Shown: positions 20,124 to 30,220 of the stretch, in pieces
Layout: every line of letters starts with the position of its first letter
Numbering within the stretch: the first letter of the stretch is position 1
Assembly: GCA_018396775.1 (NCBI GenBank)
Contig: JAGTRF010000002.1
Coordinates: forward strand, 14,069 to 78,068
Source of the DNA: Candidatus Bathyarchaeota archaeon
Lineage (GTDB): Archaea > Thermoproteota > Bathyarchaeia > 40CM-2-53-6 > DTDX01
Length of the DNA: 64,000 nt
Reading direction: 5' to 3'
The notes under the pieces: generated by a model
Seen by the model: the letters and a program-made list of their open reading frames with translations, nothing else
Databases searched by the model: none
Told to the model about the DNA's origin: nothing
Program-made: the position numbers and the translations under genes

Positions 20124-20894
20124 ATGATTGAAGAATGGCGTTTAATCGAATTAACTATAAATGATGCATATATGAATATGGCTATAGATGAGGCTATTTT
20201 AACTATGATTCAAAAAGGTGAATCTCAAAATACGATAAGATTTTATAGATGGAATCCATCAGCTGTTTCTATCGGATACTTCCAAAGTTTAATTGAGGAA
20301 GTTAACATTGAAACATGCAGAAAACTTAATGTAGACATAGTGAGGAGAATAACTGGAGGAGGCGCTGTTTACCACGATTATAATGGAGAAATAACTTACA
20401 GCGTTATAGCCTCTACAAATAACCCGAAAATTCCAGGGAATATTCTAAAATCCTATAGCGTTTTATGCAATGGAATAGTTTTAGGGTTAAAAAAGCTTGG
20501 TTTAAACTCTACCTTTAAACCTATAAACGATATTGTTGTTAATGAGAAAAAAATTTCTGGAAACGCTCAAACAAGAAAATTGAATGCTATTCTTCAACAT
20601 GGAACAATTTTAATTGATGTTAATGTAGAGAAAATGTTTAATCTACTTAAAATAAGCGATGAAAAAATAAAGGATAAAATGATTAAATCTGCGAAAGAAA
20701 GAGTTACAAGCATTAAAAAAGAGTTGAATAAGGAGGTTAGCTTCAGCGAGGTTGCTGAAGCTTTAAAAAATGGTTTTGAAGAAGCTTTAAACATAAAGCT
20801 TTCTTTAGGAAAGCTTACGCAAGAAGAGAAATCTTTAGCTGAAAAATTAAAGAAGGAAAAATACTCTGCAAAAGAGTGGCTTTATAAAAGGTGA
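20124..20894 (+). CDS. lplA: Lipoate/octanoate-protein ligase catalytic subunit
   Basis: RRITGGGAVYHD, KISGNAQ, HGT. Confidence 0.9.
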   Translation: MIEEWRLIELTINDAYMNMAIDEAILTMIQKGESQNTIRFYRWNPSAVSIGYFQSLIEEVNIETCRKLNVDIVRRITGGGAVYHDYNGEITYSVIASTNNPKIPGNILKSYSVLCNGIVLGLKKLGLNSTFKPINDIVVNEKKISGNAQTRKLNAILQHGTILIDVNVEKMFNLLKISDEKIKDKMIKSAKERVTSIKKELNKEVSFSEVAEALKNGFEEALNIKLSLGKLTQEEKSLAEKLKKEKYSAKEWLYKR

Positions 20895-20900
20895 AAAACT

Positions 20901-21179
20901 TTGATTAAATTTGAGTATAAAGTACCTGGGGGAAAACTCATCAAAGTTTTAACCTCTATAAAAAATGATGTTATAGAAGAGATTAAAATAACAGGAGACT
21001 TCTTTCTTCACCCAGAGGAATCTATAGAGATTCTTGAGCAAAAATTAAAAGGCATGAAAATTGAAGAAGAGTCATTAATAAAAAATATTATTAACGAGTT
21101 TTTTAAATCTAAAACCTTAATTGGAGCATCTTCAGAAGATTTCTTCTTAGCTGTAAAGGGAGCTTTAAGTAAAGCCTAG
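20901..21179 (+). CDS. lplB: Lipoate-protein ligase C-terminal domain subunit
   Basis: KVPGGKLI...ITGDFFLHPEE. Confidence 0.85.
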   Translation: MIKFEYKVPGGKLIKVLTSIKNDVIEEIKITGDFFLHPEESIEILEQKLKGMKIEEESLIKNIINEFFKSKTLIGASSEDFFLAVKGALSKA

Positions 21180-21184
21180 CTAAG

Positions 21185-22162
21185 GTGCAGGAAACTCTGA
21201 ATCTTCAAGATTTAAAACTAGAAGAAGAAATAAAGCTTGCTAGAGAAGCTTCCTGGAAAAATCTTGGAAGAAAAATAGTTTTCTTTACTCCAAGCTTCAT
21301 TTATTATAAAAAACATTTTTCTCCTTGGAGTTTTCCGTCAATTTCTATAACTGGAGAAAGCTGCGCTTTAAAATGCGATCATTGCGATGGAAAAATATTG
21401 AAAACTATGATTCCTGCTTTAACTCCCAAAAAATTAATAGATGTTTGCATGGAGATTGAAAAACATAAAGGTTTAGGATGCTTAATAAGCGGTGGCTGCT
21501 TAATAAATGGGGTTGTTCCATTAAAAAATTTTTCAAAAGCCATTAAAGAAGTTAAATCAAAAACTAAATTAAAAATTGTTGTGCATACAGGGTTAATAGA
21601 TGAGGAAACAGCTTTCAGCCTTAAAGAAGCTGGTGTTGACGCAGCTTTAATAGATGTTATTGGAAGCGAGAAAACCTTAAAAGAAATATACCATTTAAAC
21701 ACTAATGTTGAAAGCTTTGATAAATCTTTAAGCATTATTAATAAAGCTGGTCTCCCGCTTATCCCTCATATTTTAGTCGGTCTTCAGCATGGAGAAATTG
21801 AAGGTGAATATAACGCGCTTAACATTATTTCCCGCTATAACCCATCTGCTTTAATAGTAATCGTTTTCTTTCCAATTAAAGGAACTAAAATGGAAAAAGA
21901 TGATCCTCCAGCTATTCCTAAAGTGATTAAATTTATAGCGTTTGCAAGAAAAGTTTTTTCAGGCACACCTATAGCGTTAGGTTGCGCTAGACCAACAGGC
22001 GCTTATAGAGTTAAATTAGATTCATTAGCTGTTAAAACCGGCGTAAACGGTATAGCTTTTCCAGCTGAAGAAGCTGTTGAATTAGCTAAATCTTTAAATT
22101 TAGAGATTTTATATTCTAATGTTTGCTGCTCTCAAATTTATGAAGAGTATTTAAAAACTTGA
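21185..22162 (+). CDS. lipS1: Archaeal lipoyl synthase subunit LipS1
   Basis: CALKCDHC, GCAR and C-terminal CC motifs. Confidence 0.82.
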   Translation: MQETLNLQDLKLEEEIKLAREASWKNLGRKIVFFTPSFIYYKKHFSPWSFPSISITGESCALKCDHCDGKILKTMIPALTPKKLIDVCMEIEKHKGLGCLISGGCLINGVVPLKNFSKAIKEVKSKTKLKIVVHTGLIDEETAFSLKEAGVDAALIDVIGSEKTLKEIYHLNTNVESFDKSLSIINKAGLPLIPHILVGLQHGEIEGEYNALNIISRYNPSALIVIVFFPIKGTKMEKDDPPAIPKVIKFIAFARKVFSGTPIALGCARPTGAYRVKLDSLAVKTGVNGIAFPAEEAVELAKSLNLEILYSNVCCSQIYEEYLKT

Positions 22163-22177
22163 TTTTGGTGTATTTAA

Positions 22178-22705
22178 TTGGAGCTTTTTGAAGCTATTTT
22201 TGGTAGAAGAAGCATAAGAGCTTTTAAAAAAGATGATGTTCCAGAAGATTATTTATTAAAATTAATTGATGCAGCTCGCTTTGCTCCTTCAGCTGGAAAC
22301 CTTCAATCTTGGGAGTTTGTTATAGTTAAAAGCGTTGAAGGAAGAAAAGCTCTTGCAAAAGCAGCTTTAAATCAAAACTTTATTTTTGAAGCTCCAGTTG
22401 CAATAGTTGTTTGCGCTAATGAAGCTAGAAGCGGAAGATATTATGGTGAAAGAGGAGCAAAACTTTACTGTATTCAAGATACAGCTGCAGCCATTCAAAA
22501 CTTGCTGTTAAGCGCTTATGCGCTTGGGCTTGGAGCATGTTGGGTCGGCGCTTTTAATGAAGCTGAAGTGGCTAAAGTAATTGAAGCTAGTAAAAGCATT
22601 AGGCCAATAGCTATAATTCCTATCGGCTTCCCATTAGAAAAGCCTTATCCCCCATCAAGAAGAAGCCTTAAAGAAATAATTCATAAAGAAAAATTAAATC
22701 TTTAA
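22178..22705 (+). CDS. Nitroreductase family protein
   Basis: RRSIRAF, APSAGNLQ, GLGACWVG. Confidence 0.9.
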   Translation: MELFEAIFGRRSIRAFKKDDVPEDYLLKLIDAARFAPSAGNLQSWEFVIVKSVEGRKALAKAALNQNFIFEAPVAIVVCANEARSGRYYGERGAKLYCIQDTAAAIQNLLLSAYALGLGACWVGAFNEAEVAKVIEASKSIRPIAIIPIGFPLEKPYPPSRRSLKEIIHKEKLNL

Positions 22706-22725
22706 ATTTTAGGCTTAAGAAAGCA

Positions 22726-24501
22726 ATGGTTAGGCGGGAAAAATTGCGATACTTAAAATTAGCTGATTTCTACGAGAAAATTGAAGCTACAACTAAAAGG
22801 CTTGAAATTACAGATTTATTAACAGAGCTTTTAAAGCAAACCCCTAAAGAATCTATAGATAAAATTGTTTATTTAACTCAAGGAAAACTCTACCCAGATT
22901 TTATTGGAGTTGAACTAGGTTTAGCTGAAAAACTCGCTATTAAAGCTATTTCAGAAGTTTCAGGTAAACCTGAAGATGAAGTTGAAAAAAAATTCGGTGA
23001 ACTTGGCGATTTAGGGAAAGTTGCTGAAACTCTTTTAGAAAGAAAAGCGCAGCAAACTCTTTTTCAAAGACCATTAACCATAAATATGGTTTACGATGCT
23101 TTCGAAAAAATGGCTAAAGCTTCAGGAGAGGGCGCTATGGATTTAAAAATTAGATATCTTTGCAGCTTATTAAATGATGCTACACCTAAAGAAGCTAGAT
23201 ATATTGTGAGAACAGCCTTAGGTAGATTAAGGTTAGGCGTCGCCGACATGACTATTTTAGATGCTTTAGCTATAGCATATGGTGGTGGAAAAGCTTCAAG
23301 AGAAATTTTAGAAAGAGCCTATAATTTATCCTCAGATTTAGGGTTTGTAGCTAAAACTGTAGCTGTTGAAGGGCTTGAGGGAATTAAAAAATTTAAAATC
23401 TCTATAGGAAGACCTATTAGACCTATGCTTGCAGAAAGGCTTTCAGACCCTAAAGAAATTCTGGAAAAGCTTAACGGTAAAGGCGCTGCTGAATACAAGT
23501 ATGATGGTATTCGATTGCAAGCTCACTTATTTAACGATAAAGTTTACTTGTTTTCTAGGCGTTTAGAAAATATTACAAGCCAATTTCCAGATGCTTGCAA
23601 GCATATTAGAGAATGTGTGAAAGTTAAGGAAGCTATTGTTGAAGGAGAATGCGTTGGCGTAGACCCTAACACAGGCGATATGCTTCCTTTTCAAGTTATA
23701 TCCCAACGGAGAGGAAGAAAATATGATATAGAAAAGATGGAGGAAGAGGTTCCAGTTGAAGTTTTCCTTTTTGATGTTCTATATGTAAATGATGAAGATT
23801 ATACTGTTAAACCATTTTTAGAAAGAAGAAGAAAGCTTGAGGAAATTATTGAAGAAACTGAAAAAGGGAAAATTTCAGAGTTAATTATTGCAAGCGATCC
23901 TGAAGAGCTTGATAGATATATGGATAAGGCTGTATCAGATGGATGTGAAGGATTAATGGTTAAATCTATAGGGGTAGATTCAATTTATAAAGCTGGAGCT
24001 AGAGGATGGACTTGGATAAAATATAAAAGATCTTATAAAGCAGAGTTAGCGGATACATTTGATTTAGTTCCAATCGGAGGTTTTTATGGTAAAGGAAAAA
24101 GAGCTGGAAGCTACGGCGCTTTATTAATGGCAGCTTATAATAAAGAGGAAGATATCTTCGAAACTGTATGCAAGCTTGGAAGCGGCTTCACAGATGAAGA
24201 TTTAAAAAAGCTTTCAGATGAAATGAGGAAATGGGTTATTCCGCATAAGCATGCAAGAGTAGATTCGCTTATGGAAGCGGATATTTGGTTTTCTCCAAGC
24301 ATTGTTCTTGAGGTTGCTTCAGATGAAATAACGCTTTCACCTCTTCACTCTTGCGGAAGAGATTTAATAAAGAAGGAAAGTGGATTGGCTTTAAGGTTTC
24401 CAAGATTTACAGGTAGATGGAGGTTTGATAAATCTCCTGAAGATGCTACAACAACAAGCGAAATTTTAGAAACTTATAAAAAACAGTTAAAGAAAATTTA
24501 A
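22726..24501 (+). CDS. lig: ATP-dependent DNA ligase
   Basis: EYKYDG, EGLMVK, WIKYK, LRFPRF. Confidence 0.96.
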   Translation: MVRREKLRYLKLADFYEKIEATTKRLEITDLLTELLKQTPKESIDKIVYLTQGKLYPDFIGVELGLAEKLAIKAISEVSGKPEDEVEKKFGELGDLGKVAETLLERKAQQTLFQRPLTINMVYDAFEKMAKASGEGAMDLKIRYLCSLLNDATPKEARYIVRTALGRLRLGVADMTILDALAIAYGGGKASREILERAYNLSSDLGFVAKTVAVEGLEGIKKFKISIGRPIRPMLAERLSDPKEILEKLNGKGAAEYKYDGIRLQAHLFNDKVYLFSRRLENITSQFPDACKHIRECVKVKEAIVEGECVGVDPNTGDMLPFQVISQRRGRKYDIEKMEEEVPVEVFLFDVLYVNDEDYTVKPFLERRRKLEEIIEETEKGKISELIIASDPEELDRYMDKAVSDGCEGLMVKSIGVDSIYKAGARGWTWIKYKRSYKAELADTFDLVPIGGFYGKGKRAGSYGALLMAAYNKEEDIFETVCKLGSGFTDEDLKKLSDEMRKWVIPHKHARVDSLMEADIWFSPSIVLEVASDEITLSPLHSCGRDLIKKESGLALRFPRFTGRWRFDKSPEDATTTSEILETYKKQLKKI

Positions 24502-24531
24502 TTAAATAAAAGCTTCGAAAGATAAAAAGAT

Positions 24532-24810
24532 TTACTTAGCTAAAAGAATTTCTATCGTTGAAATAAGCGTTTTTCTTCCATCTTGACGCGTAACCTCTTC
24601 AGAATTTAAATCAATTTTCTTAACCGCTAAACCTTTAGCAAAAACTCTTCTAAGCATTTCCGCTGTATCAACAGCTTTGGAAATAGCTCTCCCCCTAGCT
24701 TTCAAAGTTATTTCGCTTACCCCATGATTTAATAAATGCAAGCAAGCCACAACATAATTCATTAAAGGTTTTTTACCAATAAATACTTGATTTATTTGAT
24801 TCATCACCAC
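24532..24810 (-). CDS. albA: Chromatin protein Alba
   Basis: [22 protein letters not shown]. Confidence 0.95.
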   Translation of the reverse strand: MVMNQINQVFIGKKPLMNYVVACLHLLNHGVSEITLKARGRAISKAVDTAEMLRRVFAKGLAVKKIDLNSEEVTRQDGRKTLISTIEILLAK

Positions 24811-25302
24811 ACCCCTCCAACATCATTAATAGATATTTTTTTACCAGCAGCAAAGCTTTTCTGGCGTAAAATTTTAAAACAAATAACCTTATTAACACTT
24901 TCAACATTATAAATTTTTTGTTTAAATAAAACTCTTAATTATATCAACGGTCATGGGATAACAATTTTTAAGCTAAAAACCTTTTTTAATTATAAAAATA
25001 TGGTGAAAAGTAATTTTTCTTTCCTTTCTTTCCCTTAAAAAACATTTTTTACTAAACCCTCTAAACCATCTTTCAAAGGTTTTTATAGCAACATTAGTTT
25101 AAAAACCCTTTTAACTATATGATTGCTATGAGTAATATTGGTTTATGGCTGTAAATCATTAAGTTTATTTAAAACTTGAAAAGCCTAAATGGTAAAAGGT
25201 TACCTTATTAAGTTAATAAAAAGAAAATTTTAAATAGTAAAAACTAGATAATTATTCTGTTGGCTTTCTATTAAAAAATGTTTTTTAAGGAGGAAAGAAA
25301 TT

Positions 25303-26955
25303 TTGAGTGCAGAGAAAACTTTATTTTTAAGACGTGCAACAGGGCTTGTTAGAGCTTGGGCTTTAAGCGACGCATTCATGTACGCTGCACTTTCCGTTAA
25401 TATCGTGACGTTAGGAATGTACGCTTTCTCATTTGGCAGTTTTCTTCCGCAGCATAATTTAGTACCCGCTATTCTTATAAGCTTTCTTATAATATTCTTA
25501 GAGATTATTGCGTATTGTGGATTAATTTCTGTTATGCCTAGAGCTGGTGGAGACTACGTTTGGCAATCAAGAGTTTTGCATCCTTTAATCGGTTTTGTTT
25601 TCGCTTGGAATTGTTGGGTTTCAGTTCTTTGGCTTTGGGGACCAATTTATGGGCAGATGCTTGTTTGGGAGTTTATAAGCCCACTGCTAGTTCTTTTTGG
25701 AAAAATTTCAGGTAATCCAGCGCTTTATTCAGCAGCTTTATGGTGGACCGGCTCCATGGGAGCTTTTATTGCCACATTAATTACTATAGGCTTCGTTTTT
25801 ATTTATGTAGGGTTAGGGATGAGAAATTACGCTAGAATACAAAAAACATGTTTTATCTTAGGAACTATAGGTGTTTTAGCTTTCATAGCTATTATAGCGG
25901 CAACTCCTCAAGCAGCTTTTATTAATGCATTCAGTAAGCATTGGTCTGAATTTACTGGTCAAGCAATCAGCTATAACGATGTGATAGAGCGAACAACTCA
26001 AATTGGTGATTGGAGTTTAGATTTTAGAGATTATCCTTTTTCAGCTACTATAGCTTCCTTAAGCCTACCGTTAATTCCATTTGTTGTATTCTTTAATCTT
26101 TATCCTCAGTGGGGTGCTACTCTTTACGGTGAAGTTAGAGGGGCAAGCGATTTTAAGAGGCAAGCAGGCGCTATGGCTATAGGAAGCATTTTCATGAATA
26201 TTTTAGCTGTTATAATGCTTTTAGCCTTATGGAAATTTATTGGTTACGAGTTCTTTAATGCTTCAAATTATCTCTTTTGGTATTACATCTATACAGGGGC
26301 CGATTCTACTGTGCCATTGTTTCCATATCCTCCTCTATTAGCCACTTTCATTCTTGAAAATCCTGCTTTAGGCGCGCTGCTAGTTTTCTTAATAGGCTTA
26401 TGGTTTTTCGGTTGGTCTGGAACTTTATTCCTATCCTCTACACGAGTAGTTTTCGCTATGGCTTTTGATAGAGTTCTCCCAGAATGGTTTGGAAAAGTTA
26501 CAACAAAATTTAGAACTCCAATAAATTGCTTAGCATTTATGGCTATAATGACCACTTTCATAGGATGGCTTTACTGCTTTAACATCGGAGGCTTTACCAG
26601 GCTTACTCTTGACGCTGTATTTATGATTGCTGTAGGCTATGCTGTAACATGTATTGCGGCAGCGATAGTTCCCTGGCGTATGCCTGATGCCTATAATCGG
26701 GCTCCAATATCAAAATATAAAATTGGAGGAATCCCTGTGATTACTATAGCTGGAGTACTGTTCGCATTATTCCTAATTTGGGTTATGTATCTTTGGGCTA
26801 TAGACCCTGTTTATGGCGTTAATGATCCAGTATCAGTAATATATTTAATAGCTAACTATATAGCGGCTGTGATAATCTTTTACGCGTTTAAATGGTATAG
26901 AAAGAAGCAAGGAATTGAAGTGGATATGCTTTATAAAGAGATTCCAACCGAATAA
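25303..26955 (+). CDS. APC-family permease
   Basis: FLRRATGLVR, MPRAGGDYV, FAMAFDRVLP; about 12 TM. Confidence 0.9.
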   Translation: MSAEKTLFLRRATGLVRAWALSDAFMYAALSVNIVTLGMYAFSFGSFLPQHNLVPAILISFLIIFLEIIAYCGLISVMPRAGGDYVWQSRVLHPLIGFVFAWNCWVSVLWLWGPIYGQMLVWEFISPLLVLFGKISGNPALYSAALWWTGSMGAFIATLITIGFVFIYVGLGMRNYARIQKTCFILGTIGVLAFIAIIAATPQAAFINAFSKHWSEFTGQAISYNDVIERTTQIGDWSLDFRDYPFSATIASLSLPLIPFVVFFNLYPQWGATLYGEVRGASDFKRQAGAMAIGSIFMNILAVIMLLALWKFIGYEFFNASNYLFWYYIYTGADSTVPLFPYPPLLATFILENPALGALLVFLIGLWFFGWSGTLFLSSTRVVFAMAFDRVLPEWFGKVTTKFRTPINCLAFMAIMTTFIGWLYCFNIGGFTRLTLDAVFMIAVGYAVTCIAAAIVPWRMPDAYNRAPISKYKIGGIPVITIAGVLFALFLIWVMYLWAIDPVYGVNDPVSVIYLIANYIAAVIIFYAFKWYRKKQGIEVDMLYKEIPTE

Positions 26956-26977
26956 AACCTCTCTTCCCTATTTTTTG

Positions 26978-27739
26978 TTATATCTCTTCCACTTCTTTAT
27001 ACCATTTTGTTTTTGTTCCTATTTTCGCGCGCACTTTCCAACTCATACTTTTAGGTTTTTCCTCTATTTTATTTAAAATTTCATCTATTTTATTTTTTAC
27101 ATCAATAATCTTATCTTCTGTTAAAACTTGAGAATAAGAATCTGCAAGAGTTTTAATCTTCTTTAAATTAGTTGTAACTGTATAATAAAAACCCCAATCT
27201 TTAGCTAAAAGCTCAGCTATATAACCGCTGTTAACAACTTCTTTTTCATCATCATCTCCAATTTTATGATCGCTAAGAAGAACAACAACATCTTTAACAT
27301 CTTTCTCGTTTATTTCAACTATTTGAAGCTTCTCTAAAAGCAAGTCTGCTAAAGATATGGTTGGATAATCTACAAGAAGCCTTCCTCTAAAATCAATTTT
27401 ATGACACATATCTAATTCGTTAAAGAAAACATCCACATGAATTCCTATCTCAGGTTTCTCATAAATATGTCTAGCTTCAGCCATAATAGCCATAAATCTT
27501 TCTCTAGGTTTATAGCCTATATCCAAAAAAAACTTTTTAACTTTTTCTCTATCGCTTGTAGTCATAAGGTCTATATCTGTAAATTGACGGCTTAAAGCTT
27601 CATGAAGAGATTTAGCTTCATTAGAGCTGTGAACATAAATAGCTAAAGCCCCCATCAATCTTAATGGTAGTCCTTTAGATTCTCCTAAATCAACTATTTT
27701 AACAGCTTCATCTATAAGAATCTTTTTAGTTAAAGCCAA
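26978..27739 (-). CDS. Nucleotidyltransferase-fold protein
   Basis: LMGALA...TDIDL; LEKLQIVEINEKD. Confidence 0.7.
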   Translation of the reverse strand: MALTKKILIDEAVKIVDLGESKGLPLRLMGALAIYVHSSNEAKSLHEALSRQFTDIDLMTTSDREKVKKFFLDIGYKPRERFMAIMAEARHIYEKPEIGIHVDVFFNELDMCHKIDFRGRLLVDYPTISLADLLLEKLQIVEINEKDVKDVVVLLSDHKIGDDDEKEVVNSGYIAELLAKDWGFYYTVTTNLKKIKTLADSYSQVLTEDKIIDVKNKIDEILNKIEEKPKSMSWKVRAKIGTKTKWYKEVEEI

Positions 27740-27832
27740 CTTCAGCTTCAGCCTCCCCTTAAAATAGGTAAAATTTAAGTATAATAAAGCTTATTAACTT
27801 TTACGATTAAACTCCTTTTAAGAGGAAAACTT

Positions 27833-28774
27833 ATGACCAGAATATTTTTCGCGACCGATGTTCACGGTTCAGAAAAATGCTGGAAAAAATTTGTTAACGC
27901 TGGAAAATTTTATAAAGCTAACATCTCAATTTTAGGCGGAGATTTAACTGGTAAAGCTGTAATTCCAATAGTGAGCGAAGGCAACAACATTTATAAAGTG
28001 AATTTTTTAGAGCAGGATTTTAATTTAAAATCTAGTGAAGAGCTTGCTGAAATGGAGTATAAAATAGTTAATTCAGGTTATTATCCATATATTGTTTCTC
28101 GTGAAGAGTTAAAAGAGTTAAGTGTTAATCCAGATAAAGTTAATAAAATTTTTGAGCAGTTAATGACTGAGCGGTTAGAGAATTGGTTAAGGTTTGCTGA
28201 TGAAAAATTAAAGGGTTCAGGGATTAAAGCGTATGTTTGCCCAGGAAACGATGATCCATTCATAATTAACGAGTTAATTAAGAAATCTGAAGTTATAGAA
28301 AATGCTGAGGGAAAAGTTGTTGAGGTAGATTCTTATCATGAAATGATAAGCTCTGGATGGACTAATGTAACTCCATGGAAAACTTTTAGGGAATGCAGTG
28401 AAGAAGAGCTTGAAAGAAAAATAGAAGAAATGACTCAAAAAGTTAATAATTTGAGAAACTGTATTTTTAATCTTCACGCTCCACCATATGGATCTGGGCT
28501 TGATGAAGCTCCCCAATTAGATGAAAGCCTTAAGCCTATTTATGGAGGGCAGGTTTTAATGCCTGTTGGAAGTAAAGCTGTTAAAGAAGCTATAGAAAAA
28601 TATCAACCGCTTCTCGGGCTTCACGGGCACATTCATGAAGGTAAGGGTTTTTCACGCATTGGAAGAACTTTATGCATTAACCCTGGCAGCTCTTATGAAG
28701 AAGGAACATTGTTAGGCGCTATAATTGATTTAGATAAAGGAAAAATAGTTAGACATATGCTTGCAACAGGTTGA
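27833..28774 (+). CDS. Icc-like metallophosphoesterase
   Basis: DVHG, GD, GNDD, HAPP, HGHIHE. Confidence 0.88.
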   Translation: MTRIFFATDVHGSEKCWKKFVNAGKFYKANISILGGDLTGKAVIPIVSEGNNIYKVNFLEQDFNLKSSEELAEMEYKIVNSGYYPYIVSREELKELSVNPDKVNKIFEQLMTERLENWLRFADEKLKGSGIKAYVCPGNDDPFIINELIKKSEVIENAEGKVVEVDSYHEMISSGWTNVTPWKTFRECSEEELERKIEEMTQKVNNLRNCIFNLHAPPYGSGLDEAPQLDESLKPIYGGQVLMPVGSKAVKEAIEKYQPLLGLHGHIHEGKGFSRIGRTLCINPGSSYEEGTLLGAIIDLDKGKIVRHMLATG

Positions 28775-28790
28775 AAGGAAGGAGAATTTT

Positions 28791-30215
28791 ATGCTTAAAT
28801 TTTTATCTAATAATGAGGTTTTAGAAATTCATAACGCCTCCTTAAAAATGTTGAATAAGCTTGGCGTAATAATAAAACATGAAAAACTTCTTAAAATGCT
28901 TAAGGATGCTGGAGCTGACGTTGATGAAGAAAAGCAGTTAGCTAGACTTCCAATATACTTGATTGAAGAGTTTGTTAGTAAAGCTCCAAGCGGGTATATT
29001 ATGGGCGGTCGAAAAAGAGAATATGATTTATATGTTGGAGATGGTAAAAGTTATGTTAGGAGTCAAGGTGGCTGCGATCGTATCTTAGATTTAGAAACAG
29101 GTGTTATTAGAGAAGCTAATACAAACGATGTTATTAACGCTACAATCATTCAAGATGCTTTAGAAAACATTCATTGGTGCGCAAGCTTTCTTCATCCAAG
29201 TGATGAACCTCCAATGACAAGAGATCTTTATCAATTAATGCTAATGATGGAAAATACTGTAAAGCATATAGTAGCTCAACCATATACAACTGAATCTTTT
29301 AAGTATCAAGTTAAAATGGCTAAAGCTATCATTGGAGATGAGGAAGAATTCATGAAAAGACCTCTTATAAGCGTTTTTGTTGGGCCAACAAGCCCGCTGG
29401 AAATAGATAAACATAACTGCGAGCTTATAGAAATAGCTGCTAAAAATAGAATTCCAATAATGCCTGTTAGCGCTCCTATAGCTGGCGCTACTGGTCCAGT
29501 AACTTTAGCTGGGTTAGCAGCTTTAGCTCACGCTGAAATAATGATGATTGTTGTTTTAACTCAATTAATTAATCCAGGTGCTCCAATAGAGTATACACCT
29601 AGACCTAACACTATGGATATGCGAACTGCTCAATCACTTTGGGGAGCCATAGAATATGCGTTAACTTCAGCTATTGGGGTTCAATTAGCTAGGCTTATTA
29701 AGCTTCCAGTATGCGTTCAATGCTTAAGCACAGACTCTAAGCTTCCAGATGCTCAAGCTTGCATAGAGAAAACTATGCAAATAACTTTAGCAGCTTTAAT
29801 GAAGCCTGATACGATGACTGGTGCTGGAGGAATAGATTCTGTTAAAACTGCAAGCTTAGAGCAATTAGTAATCGATAATGAAATAATAGGTATAGCTAAA
29901 AGAATTGCTAAAGGGGTTGAAGTTAACGATGAAACAATTGCTTATCATGTTATCGAAAGAGTTAAGCATGGCGGCCATTTTCTAGCTGATAAACATACCA
30001 GCAAATATTATTTTGAGGAGCATTATATACCTAAGCTTTTTGATAGAAATGCTAGAGGAGCATGGGAAGCCGCTGGCGGAAAAGACTTAACAACTAAAGC
30101 AAAAGAAACTGCAAAGAAAATTCTTAAAGAATATGAGCAGAGACCATTAGATGAAGATGTTAAAAAAGACTTAAGAAAAATAATGGATGAAGCTAGAAAA
30201 AACTTGGTTAAATAA
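28791..30215 (+). CDS. MttB-superfamily methyltransferase without pyrrolysine
   Basis: SPL, GATGPVTLAG, DMRT, TDSKLPDAQ, GGHFL; no in-frame TAG; start moved to the ATG after GGAG. Confidence 0.88.
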   Translation: MLKFLSNNEVLEIHNASLKMLNKLGVIIKHEKLLKMLKDAGADVDEEKQLARLPIYLIEEFVSKAPSGYIMGGRKREYDLYVGDGKSYVRSQGGCDRILDLETGVIREANTNDVINATIIQDALENIHWCASFLHPSDEPPMTRDLYQLMLMMENTVKHIVAQPYTTESFKYQVKMAKAIIGDEEEFMKRPLISVFVGPTSPLEIDKHNCELIEIAAKNRIPIMPVSAPIAGATGPVTLAGLAALAHAEIMMIVVLTQLINPGAPIEYTPRPNTMDMRTAQSLWGAIEYALTSAIGVQLARLIKLPVCVQCLSTDSKLPDAQACIEKTMQITLAALMKPDTMTGAGGIDSVKTASLEQLVIDNEIIGIAKRIAKGVEVNDETIAYHVIERVKHGGHFLADKHTSKYYFEEHYIPKLFDRNARGAWEAAGGKDLTTKAKETAKKILKEYEQRPLDEDVKKDLRKIMDEARKNLVK

Positions 30216-30220
30216 AATAT

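Noticed and set aside
24811-25302. ncRNA or riboswitch in the long alba-permease spacer
   Set aside because: Very AT-rich, with only weak hairpins and short palindromes (e.g. AAGGTTACCTT); no recognisable RNA family.
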